From positions 1-37,725 of the forward strand of contig DASZOP010000102.1 in the NCBI GenBank assembly GCA_035550715.1: a DNA stretch of 37,725 nucleotides, read 5' to 3'. The notes under the pieces are model-generated. The model saw nothing but the letters and a program-made list of their open reading frames with translations, was not told where the DNA came from and searched no databases. Positions within the stretch are counted from its first letter, which is position 1; each line of letters opens with the position of its first letter. Both the position numbers and the translations under genes were made by a program. The stretch is from Gemmatimonadota bacterium (GTDB taxonomy: Bacteria; Gemmatimonadota; Gemmatimonadetes; JACCXV01; JAHWKZ01). Of the stretch, positions 1 through 6,871 are shown piece after piece.

Positions 1-171
1 CTGGCGAACGGGCTCGAGGTCTGGGGGTTCCTGGCCCGGATCGGAACCGCCATCGGCGTGGTGATCGCCACGCCACAGATCGGAGCCGTGCTCATGGCGA
101 CCGCCTTGATCGGTGCGGCCGCGCTCTACGAACTCAATCGACTGCTCGTCCCCGAGAGGAGAACCGCATGA
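1..171 (+). CDS. C-terminal fragment of a membrane protein (5' end outside the window)
   Basis: The frame is open from the window edge. It contains the hydrophobic stretch GTAIGVVIATPQIGAVLMATALIGAAAL. The stop TGA at 169-171 overlaps the next ATG at 168 (ATGA). Confidence 0.45.
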   Translation: MANGLEVWGFLARIGTAIGVVIATPQIGAVLMATALIGAAALYELNRLLVPERRTA

Positions 172-1613
172 TGCGCCGGTCCTGTCCCGCCCCGTCCCGG
201 GGCCGCGCCTTCCTGCTCACCCTGCTGCTGACGATGGCGCCCAGCGTGGTCCTCGCGTCGCAGGCGGTGGGCCAGGTGGCGCCCGACACCACCTCCCAGC
301 CCGAGCCCTCGCTCGCCGAGGTCCGGGACCGGGTCGAAGCGCGCTACCAGGTGCTCCCGCTCCGGGGAGGGATCGCCCTGCTGCCCAAGTACGGCGACAC
401 CGACGTCCAGTCGCTCGAGCTCTCCGACGGACAGATCGCGATCAACGGTGCGCCGGTGACCGGGGCCGAGCTGGACGAGCGGGTGGGGACGGACGCGGCC
501 GACATCCGGCGTCTCTCGTTCATGGACCCCGACGAGCGGCGGGTCCTGTTCGGCATCGGGCCCTCTCCTGAGACTGCCGAAGGGGTCGCCTCGGATACGA
601 CGGCGGCGGACACGACGCTCGCCGAGGAGGACGAAGGGGACTCCGAGAACCAGGAGGGGATCGACGTCGGGAGCTCCGGGGACCGCGTGCGGGTCGGCGC
701 GGGGATCGAGGTCGCGGAGGGCGAGGTGGTCGACGGCGACGTGGTTTCGGTCGGCGGCTCGGTCAGGGTCGACGGCACGGTCGAGGGCGACGTGGTGGCG
801 GTCGGCGGAGGGGTCCGCCTCGGTCCCGAAGCCGTCGTCGACGGCGAGGTCACGTCGGTCGGCGGGACGATCGACCGCGACCCCGGCGCCGTCGTCCACG
901 GGACCGTCAACGAGGTCGCGTTCGCCCCTCACATGAGCTGGGACGAGGACTGGGGGCCGGGGCCCTTCTTCGCCGGCGTGACCGGGCTGATCGGCACGAT
1001 CGTCTGGATCGCGGTCCTGATCCTCCTCGTCTGCCTGGCCTATCTCCTGGCGCGGCGGCCGATCGAGCGGATGGAATATCGAGTCGGCACCAGCGCGTGG
1101 AAGGCCGCCCTGGTCGGGCTCGTGGCGCAGCTCCTGTTCGTCCCCGCGCTCGTCCTGACGTGCGTGGTGCTCGCGATCTCGATCATCGGGATCCCGTTTC
1201 TGCTGCTCGTCCCGTTCGCGATCCTGGCGCTGGTGATCGGCTCGCTCCTCGGGTACACGGCGGTCGCCAAACATCTCGGACACGTGGCCGAGAGCCGGTT
1301 CGGGTGGCACCACGCCAGCCCGTACATCTCGCTCCTGATCGGGGTCGGTCTCATCATGCTGTTGAGCTTCTTCGGTCACGCGCTCGGAGTCGCCGGCGGC
1401 CCGCTCAAGCTGTTCGGCACGGTGCTGACGATCCTCGGCTTCATCGCTCAGTACGTGGCATGGACGATCGGCCTGGGGGTTCTGCTCCTGACCCGGTTCG
1501 GCACCCGCTACCGGTGGGGCGACGGCGAGACGCCCGAGCCCGTCCCGGCACCCCCGCCGCCCGTCACCGCGACGTACGACCAGCCTGGAGTTCCGCCTCC
1601 CCCTACCGTCTGA
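168..1613 (+). CDS. Polytopic membrane protein with an N-terminal signal/anchor and a bactofilin-like (polymer-forming, DUF583-like) beta-helix repeat domain
   Basis: Starts at ATG 168 with signal/anchor RGRAFLLTLLLTMAPSVVLASQA. Repeats GDVVSVGGSVRVDGTVEGDVVAVGGGVRLGPEAVVDGEVTSVGG are followed by about 6 hydrophobic helices and a Pro-rich tail. Third-codon-position GC (GC3) is high. Confidence 0.7.
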   Translation: MMRRSCPAPSRGRAFLLTLLLTMAPSVVLASQAVGQVAPDTTSQPEPSLAEVRDRVEARYQVLPLRGGIALLPKYGDTDVQSLELSDGQIAINGAPVTGAELDERVGTDAADIRRLSFMDPDERRVLFGIGPSPETAEGVASDTTAADTTLAEEDEGDSENQEGIDVGSSGDRVRVGAGIEVAEGEVVDGDVVSVGGSVRVDGTVEGDVVAVGGGVRLGPEAVVDGEVTSVGGTIDRDPGAVVHGTVNEVAFAPHMSWDEDWGPGPFFAGVTGLIGTIVWIAVLILLVCLAYLLARRPIERMEYRVGTSAWKAALVGLVAQLLFVPALVLTCVVLAISIIGIPFLLLVPFAILALVIGSLLGYTAVAKHLGHVAESRFGWHHASPYISLLIGVGLIMLLSFFGHALGVAGGPLKLFGTVLTILGFIAQYVAWTIGLGVLLLTRFGTRYRWGDGETPEPVPAPPPPVTATYDQPGVPPPPTV

Positions 1614-1616
1614 ATA

Positions 1617-1646
1617 GGAACAAGGCCCCTCCCCGGCTGGTATACT
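1617..1646 (+). promoter_or_regulatory. Candidate promoter GGAACA-N18-TATACT for the 1670 gene
   Basis: GGAACA lies at 1617-1622, followed by an 18-nt spacer and TATACT at 1641-1646. The predicted start is just before the GAGGAGGG Shine-Dalgarno at 1653-1660. Confidence 0.3.
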
Positions 1647-1669
1647 GCGGCCGAGGAGGGGTCATCATC

Positions 1670-2149
1670 ATGCGCAACATCCGTACGATCTTCGAGCTCG
1701 TCGTCGTCCTCGCCCTCGCGGTGGCCGCCCCGGCCGACCTGCAGGGCCAGGCGCAGGCGCCGACCTACCGTGTCATCCTGTACCTGGCCGAGGAGGGCGC
1801 CCCCCAGCAGGTCCAGATCCAGCGCCTCGACGAGGTCTGGTCGGAGGCCGACGGAGCCCAGCGGCTCCAGAGCCTGCTCGACAGCGGCGCCGTCCGGCAG
1901 CTCGAGGAGGTCACGCTGGTGCCGGGGCAGGAGCCCCCCACCATCCGCTTCGGGGACGTCACCTTCCGCGTGCGGGGCGTCCTCAAGGAGCCGCGCATGG
2001 ACAGCATGTTCCTGAGGCTCGAGGTGGACGGCGGCCGGGAGGCCCTGGTCAAGGAGATGATCGCGGGGTTCGACGAGACGATCGTGCTGGCGTATCCGTT
2101 GGCGGAGGGGAACAGCTCGGTGGTCGCGCTCCTCGTCCCGGTTCCCTGA
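1670..2149 (+). CDS. Secreted hypothetical protein (159 aa)
   Basis: ATG 1670 is preceded by GAGGAGGG. Signal peptide is MRNIRTIFELVVVLALAVAAPADLQGQA. GC3 is very high and no domain was recognised. Confidence 0.7.
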   Translation: MRNIRTIFELVVVLALAVAAPADLQGQAQAPTYRVILYLAEEGAPQQVQIQRLDEVWSEADGAQRLQSLLDSGAVRQLEEVTLVPGQEPPTIRFGDVTFRVRGVLKEPRMDSMFLRLEVDGGREALVKEMIAGFDETIVLAYPLAEGNSSVVALLVPVP

Positions 2150-2271
2150 CGGGCGTTGAAGATGGCCAGGCTCTTCGTTGCACTCGCTCGGCCATCCTGC
2201 GGCGTACAGGGAACCTACGCCTCGGATGGCCTCCCTCGCGCGCCTCGATCCTGGCCATCTTGAACGCCCGT
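2149..2271. repeat. Nested inverted-repeat / structured element (possible ncRNA, leader or REP/MITE-like palindrome)
   Basis: The arms 2150-2170 and 2250-2270 are complementary at 20 of 21 positions. Inner stems are 2190-2197/2224-2231 and 2201-2206/2216-2221, with loop CAGGGAACC. Confidence 0.5.
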
Positions 2272-2353
2272 ATCTGCTGATAGGCACCACCGCCGGGCAT
2301 TCTCTGCCCTGTCCACTTTTCACGCGCCGGGGGGCGGGCTACGTTCGGCGGCC

Positions 2354-2923
2354 GTGAGCGGATTACGAGCCCCGAGACCCGTTCCGATCGCCCTCGCGGC
2401 GGCATTGTGGACGGCGGCCGGCTGCGGAGGTGCCGATCCCGGCTATCCCTCGCGCGACTGGAGCGGCCGCTACGCGACCCAGGTGGTCGAGTCGTCCACC
2501 GACTGCCAGGGCGCAACCGCGCCGCCGTCCATGACTGGACTCATCCTCTCGCTCGAGCACTACGACAACAACCAGGTCGCCGTCCAGGTTACCCCGCTCA
2601 TCCGGCTGGCCGGCGAGTTCGACGGAGACCACCTGGAAACCACCAACGTCATCCGGGAATCGGTCTCGCTGCCGGACACCTTGCTCGCCAGGGTCACGGC
2701 CGCCGATTCCATCGAGACCATCATCTACCGGTTCGAGGCGGACTTCGAGAGGAACGGATTTCAGGGGCGCTATCTGATCCGGGCTCCCGATCTGCGGGCG
2801 CTGGTCCTCGAGGGTTCGGGGAAGCGGTGCCAGATCCGCTACGTGCTCTCCGGTCAGCGGATCCGGGAGGCGTCGGAGCAGCGGCCGACCGCGTCCGCCC
2901 GCCCGACCGCCGACACCGGCTAG
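2354..2923 (+). CDS. Hypothetical lipoprotein
   Basis: GTG start. Signal peptide with lipobox ALWTAAGC. No domain recognised. Confidence 0.65.
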   Translation: MSGLRAPRPVPIALAAALWTAAGCGGADPGYPSRDWSGRYATQVVESSTDCQGATAPPSMTGLILSLEHYDNNQVAVQVTPLIRLAGEFDGDHLETTNVIRESVSLPDTLLARVTAADSIETIIYRFEADFERNGFQGRYLIRAPDLRALVLEGSGKRCQIRYVLSGQRIREASEQRPTASARPTADTG

Positions 2924-3837
2924 TCGGACACGACGCGCCGGATCCCGCTCAGCCACCCGGCCAGGCGGCTTCCAAGCGGGGTGGTCGCGCGGCCCGGCGG
3001 AAGGACGTCCCAGGCGACCCCGTTCCGCGTCGTCGAGGCGTGGATCATCCGGCCTTCCCCGGCCAGGATCCCGACGTGGGTCACCCGGTCGCCGGGCGGC
3101 TCGACGAAGAACGCGAGGTCGCCCGGCCGGACCTCCCCCCAATCGGGACCCGGGTCCACCGGCCGGCCGTTCCGCGACTGAGGATCGGCATCCCGGGGTA
3201 GTCGGATCCCGTGGAGTCCGTAGATCCGCTGGACCAGACCCGAACAGTCGAACCCTTTCTCCGAGGTGCCGCCCCACAGGTACGGCAGGCCGAGAAAGCT
3301 GGCGGCATGCTCGACCAGCGCCTCCCCCTTCCGGGGGAACCGCTCGCCCAGGCGGCGGGCGGGGAGGGCGGCCTCCCGGTCGAGCCACCCCGCCGTGCCG
3401 TCGGGCAGGATGGCGGCGAGGGGACCTCGACCGGGATCCTCGATCCGGAGCCGGGCGCCCTGGACCAGGTCCGCCACCTGGGGCGAGCCGGAGTCCGGGC
3501 CTTCGCGCAGGACCGCCCCGCGGGCCACGACGACCCACGCGCCGGGATCATCCCGGGGCGGCCCGTTCAGAGAGCGGGCGAACTCCTCCGGATCGTCCAC
3601 CGCGGACCGGACGACCGACCCCTGGTGGACCCAGCCGGGATAGCCGTCGGCCAGCCTCACCTGGAGCCAGGGATCCCGGGCGCCCAGCACGAGCGCTTCC
3701 TCGCCGAGGATCATCTGCGTGACGAGCTCGGCCGTGTGCCGGGGCTCGGCCCGCACATGGGCGAGGCTGCGATGGGCGGTCGCCCGGTGGGGGGCCGCGG
3801 TGAGATCGGGAACGGTCCGTTCAAGCGCCCCGCTCAC
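2920..3837 (-). CDS. SH3b-domain NlpC/P60 (C40) peptidoglycan peptidase, YkfC-like, with no signal peptide
   Basis: Catalytic motifs GLPYLWGGTSEKGFDCSGLV and THVGI are present, with N-terminal SH3b-like segments. The GTG start at 3837 overlaps the upstream stop (GTGA). An alternative start is the internal Met of MILGEE. Confidence 0.85.
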   Translation of the reverse strand: MSGALERTVPDLTAAPHRATAHRSLAHVRAEPRHTAELVTQMILGEEALVLGARDPWLQVRLADGYPGWVHQGSVVRSAVDDPEEFARSLNGPPRDDPGAWVVVARGAVLREGPDSGSPQVADLVQGARLRIEDPGRGPLAAILPDGTAGWLDREAALPARRLGERFPRKGEALVEHAASFLGLPYLWGGTSEKGFDCSGLVQRIYGLHGIRLPRDADPQSRNGRPVDPGPDWGEVRPGDLAFFVEPPGDRVTHVGILAGEGRMIHASTTRNGVAWDVLPPGRATTPLGSRLAGWLSGIRRVVSD

Positions 3838-5633
3838 GACGTTTCCACTCCGACCATCCCGCTCCGATCGACGAACTGGAGCTCGTAGAGACGAGCGTAG
3901 AGCCCGCCCGCGGTGCGAAGCTCTTCGTGCCTCCCCTGCTCCCGCACCTCGCCATGGTGGAGGACGACGATCCGGTCGGCGCTGCGGACGGTCGACAGCC
4001 GGTGCGCGATCACGAGCGACGTCCGGCCGACCAGGAGCGTCCGGATGGCGTCCTCGATCAGCGCCTCGCTCTCGCTGTCCACGCTCGAAGTGGCTTCGTC
4101 GAGGATCAGGACGGGGGGGTCGAACGCGAGCGCACGCGCCAGCGAGACGAGCTGCTTCTGGCCGGTCGAGAGAGTCCGGCCGCGCTCGCCTACCGGCGTG
4201 TCGAGCCCGGCCGGGAGCGCCGCGACGAACCGCTCGGCGCCGACCGCGGTGATCGCGGCCGCGAGGCGCACGCCATCGATCTCGGGCTCGTCCAGACCCA
4301 CGTTCTCGGCCAACGTGCGCGAGAAGAGGAACGGGTCCTGGAGGACAAGGCCGATTCGCTTCCGGAGCTCCGCGATCGGGTACTCGCGGACGTCGAGGCC
4401 GTCCAGGAGGATCCGGCCGCGCGTCGCCTCGTAGAAACGGGCGAGCAGGCTCGCGCAGCTCGTCTTGCCGGACCCGGTCGGACCGACCAGAGCGACCCGG
4501 CTCCCCGGGTCGACCCGGAACGTCACCCCCTTGAGGACCCAGGTCGCGGGGGTGTAGCGGAACCACACGTCCTCGAACCGGACCTCGCCGGCGGCCTCGG
4601 GGAGTCGCTCGGCCGTCCGGATGGAGGCGACCGGCTCGGGCAAGGGCTCGTCCAGGAGATCGACCAGCCGCTCTCCGGACGCCATCGCCGCTTGGAGGAG
4701 GTTGTACTTCTCGGCCAGGTCCCGGATCGGGGCGAAGAACTTCTCGCCGTACTGGATGAACGCGACCAGCGAGCCGAACGTGAGCGCGCCCTGGAGGATC
4801 TCGCCGCCCCCGTACCAGATCACGAGCGCGATCGACAGGGCGCCCAGGACTTCGACGATCGGGTAGAAGAGCGCGTAGTAGAGGATCGAGCGGACCTGGG
4901 CGTCCCGGTGCCCCCGGTTCAGGGCTCCGAACTCGCTTGCGCTCCGCCGCTCCTGGCGAAAGAGCTGCACGACGTCGAGCCCCGTCACGTGCTCCTGGAG
5001 GTACGCGTTCATCCGCGCCACCCACATCCGGATCTCCCGGTAGACCGTCCGCATACGGATCCGGAAGAAGAGCGAGACCACGAGGATGAACGGGATGACG
5101 GCGAGCGTGACGAGGGCGAGCCGCGCATCGACGAGGAACATCGTCACCGCGACGGCGGCCAGCATGAAGACGTCGCTGAGGACCGCGATCACGCCCGAGG
5201 AAAAGAGATCGTTCAGGACCTCGACGTCGCTGGTCACCCGGGTCACGAGCCGGCCGACGGCCTGGCGGTCGAAGAACGGGACGGGGAGGCGCTGGAGGTG
5301 ATCGAAGAGACGCTCCCGGAGATCGTGCATGGCTTGTTGGCCGATCCACGCCGTGAGCCAGGTCTGAAGGAATCCCAAGGCGAAGTCGAGGACGAGGAGG
5401 CCGGAGTAGAGCGCCGTCACCCCGAGGAGACCCCTGGCATCGCCGACGGCGATGTGGCGGTCGATCGCTACCTTGACCAGGTAGGGCTGGAGGGCCTGGA
5501 TCCCGGCCAGGAGGAGGAGCAGGAAGAGCGCCGCCGCCATCGCCTTCCGGTACGGGGCCAGGAAGGTGAGCATCCGACGGGCCAGTCGCCGGTCGAAGGG
5601 AGCGTAGCGGATCTCGTCGGTGCGCGGGTTCAA
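3834..5633 (-). CDS. ABC exporter half-transporter (TMD-NBD, MsbA/MdlB-like), consensus-site subunit with a non-canonical signature
   Basis: Walker A GPTGSGKTS, signature LSTGQ (4158-4172), Walker B LILDEATS with catalytic Glu codon at 4095-4097, and H-loop AHRLS. The N-terminal YAPFDRRLARRML motif is typical of heterodimeric exporters. The start is TTG at 5633. Confidence 0.9.
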   Translation of the reverse strand: MNPRTDEIRYAPFDRRLARRMLTFLAPYRKAMAAALFLLLLLAGIQALQPYLVKVAIDRHIAVGDARGLLGVTALYSGLLVLDFALGFLQTWLTAWIGQQAMHDLRERLFDHLQRLPVPFFDRQAVGRLVTRVTSDVEVLNDLFSSGVIAVLSDVFMLAAVAVTMFLVDARLALVTLAVIPFILVVSLFFRIRMRTVYREIRMWVARMNAYLQEHVTGLDVVQLFRQERRSASEFGALNRGHRDAQVRSILYYALFYPIVEVLGALSIALVIWYGGGEILQGALTFGSLVAFIQYGEKFFAPIRDLAEKYNLLQAAMASGERLVDLLDEPLPEPVASIRTAERLPEAAGEVRFEDVWFRYTPATWVLKGVTFRVDPGSRVALVGPTGSGKTSCASLLARFYEATRGRILLDGLDVREYPIAELRKRIGLVLQDPFLFSRTLAENVGLDEPEIDGVRLAAAITAVGAERFVAALPAGLDTPVGERGRTLSTGQKQLVSLARALAFDPPVLILDEATSSVDSESEALIEDAIRTLLVGRTSLVIAHRLSTVRSADRIVVLHHGEVREQGRHEELRTAGGLYARLYELQFVDRSGMVGVETS

Positions 5634-5837
5634 TCCTCCTCCGGGTCGTCTTGGCGGGGACGATCCCCGGATCGGGAACCGACCGCGTGCCGAGAAAGTG
5701 CCGGGGTTGCCGTGCCCGGGTCAACCCGCGTCCCGCGGTGGGAGCGGAAGGGGTCGCGGGCTACCTTCACGTCATCGGGGAACCGGCCGCTCGGACGGGG
5801 TACGACCGGTGGGTCGCGCTGCAGAGTCGGAGGAGAC

Positions 5838-6185
5838 ATGCGAGGACGAACGGTGATGACGGTGGCCATGGCGACGCTGACTCTCCTGGGTTGCCGACGG
5901 GGGGACGACGAGAACGACGGTCGCTCCGCCTCGTCCGGGGAGGCCCAGGTCGAGGAGGGCCTCGGGACGCTCCGGGTGATGAACCAGGTGTCGGAGCCGG
6001 TCGCGATCTACCTCGACGGACGTGAGATCTATTCCGTTCCGCCCGGGCGCGCCTACACGTTCCGGAACCTTCCCCTCGGCGAGGTCAACCTGTACGCGGT
6101 CGGGCGCGTGTCGGAGCGCCATTACGGGCTCCCGGTGCTGACGATCGAAGAGGGCGAGGATTACGAGTGGACGATTCGCCCGTAA
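5838..6185 (+). CDS. Small lipoprotein (115 aa)
   Basis: ATG 5838 follows GGAGGAG. Signal peptide with lipobox MRGRTVMTVAMATLTLLGC. Confidence 0.65.
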   Translation: MRGRTVMTVAMATLTLLGCRRGDDENDGRSASSGEAQVEEGLGTLRVMNQVSEPVAIYLDGREIYSVPPGRAYTFRNLPLGEVNLYAVGRVSERHYGLPVLTIEEGEDYEWTIRP

Positions 6186-6871
6186 CCCGCAACGAGGGCC
6201 TGCGGCTGGGGCCTGGGGCGAGCCTGGCGGTTCTCGGTCTCCTGGCCGGGCTCGCGATCGGATGGCTCCTCTGGCGCTCGTCGCCCGGGGATCCGGGCCC
6301 AGGATCGGCGGAGGCGCTCCCCGGACCCGGCGCGGAGGCGTCGGTCGAGGGCGTCAGCATCGCCCACGACCCCGTCCTGGGCCCTGGCGACGCCAGGATC
6401 ACGATCGTCGAGTTCTCGGACTTCGAGTGCCCCTTCTGCACGCGGTTCGCGCAGGACACCGCACCCCTCCTGCGCCGGCAGTACGCCGACGACGTGCGGT
6501 GGGTGTTCGTCAACAACCCGCTCCAGGCGATCCATCCGCGCGCCTACGACCTCGCGCTGGCCGGCGAATGCGCCCACGAGCAGGACCGGTTCTGGCCCTT
6601 CTACGACGCCATGTTCAGCGATCGGTACGGGACGACGGAGGGCGGTGTGGCGAACGCAGCCCGAGACATCGGGGTCGACACCGCGCGCTTCGAGGCGTGC
6701 TACCGGAATGCGGACCACGCCGGGGAAGTGGCTGCCGATCTCAAGGAGGCCCAGAAGTTCTACATCCTGGGGACGCCGACGTTCTTCGTGAACGGGCGTC
6801 GCCTGGAAGGCGCGCTCCCCGCCGAGACGTTCGCCATGGTGATCGACTCGATCCTGGCGACCCCCAACTAA
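6167..6871 (+). CDS. DsbA-family thiol:disulfide oxidoreductase (membrane-anchored thioredoxin fold)
   Basis: Active site ITIVEFSDFECPFCTRF (CPFC) and N-terminal anchor LAVLGLLAGLAIGWLLW. GTG start overlaps the previous gene. Confidence 0.85.
   Translation: MDDSPVTRNEGLRLGPGASLAVLGLLAGLAIGWLLWRSSPGDPGPGSAEALPGPGAEASVEGVSIAHDPVLGPGDARITIVEFSDFECPFCTRFAQDTAPLLRRQYADDVRWVFVNNPLQAIHPRAYDLALAGECAHEQDRFWPFYDAMFSDRYGTTEGGVANAARDIGVDTARFEACYRNADHAGEVAADLKEAQKFYILGTPTFFVNGRRLEGALPAETFAMVIDSILATPN

Noticed and set aside
2162-2263. A 33-codon ORF (MARLFVALARPSCGVQGTYASDGLPRAPRSWPS) spanning the palindromic element exactly, from an ATG in the 5' arm to a TGA in the 3' arm. It could be a leader peptide.
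   Set aside because: The ATG and TGA are a by-product of the arm symmetry (the minus strand likewise begins MAR...). There is no convincing Shine-Dalgarno, no run of regulatory codons, and GC3 is unremarkable. It is mentioned only as something ribosome profiling could test.
2920-5724. The 934-aa ORF that appears to fuse the NlpC/P60 peptidase to a long N-terminal extension. Similar upstream extensions occur for 6868-9357 (829 aa), 14607-17576 (989 aa), 19687-21930 (747 aa) and 22916-24547 (543 aa).
   Set aside because: The extensions run through neighbouring genes in a different frame and are low-complexity. Sensible internal starts exist, with signal peptides or family-typical N-termini and often 4-nt overlaps with the upstream stop.
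5634-5837. The 204-nt divergent gap between the ABC exporter and the small lipoprotein, considered as a possible riboswitch or sRNA locus.
   Set aside because: Only short (5-bp) GC stems and an 8-nt direct repeat (GGGTCGCG at 5752 and 5811) were seen. I could support nothing beyond ordinary divergent promoter space.
3927-6185. Very long antisense or out-of-frame ORFs: 3927-6185 (+, 752 aa), 126-1379 (-, 417 aa), 11469-13520 (-, 683 aa), 2363-3538 (-, 391 aa), 31150-32685 (-, 511 aa), 33664-35046 (-, 460 aa).
   Set aside because: Their translations are Arg/Pro/Gly/Asp-rich low-complexity sequence with no motifs. They lie opposite or out of frame to genes with clear family signatures. Stop-codon-poor shadow ORFs of this kind are expected at about 70% GC.
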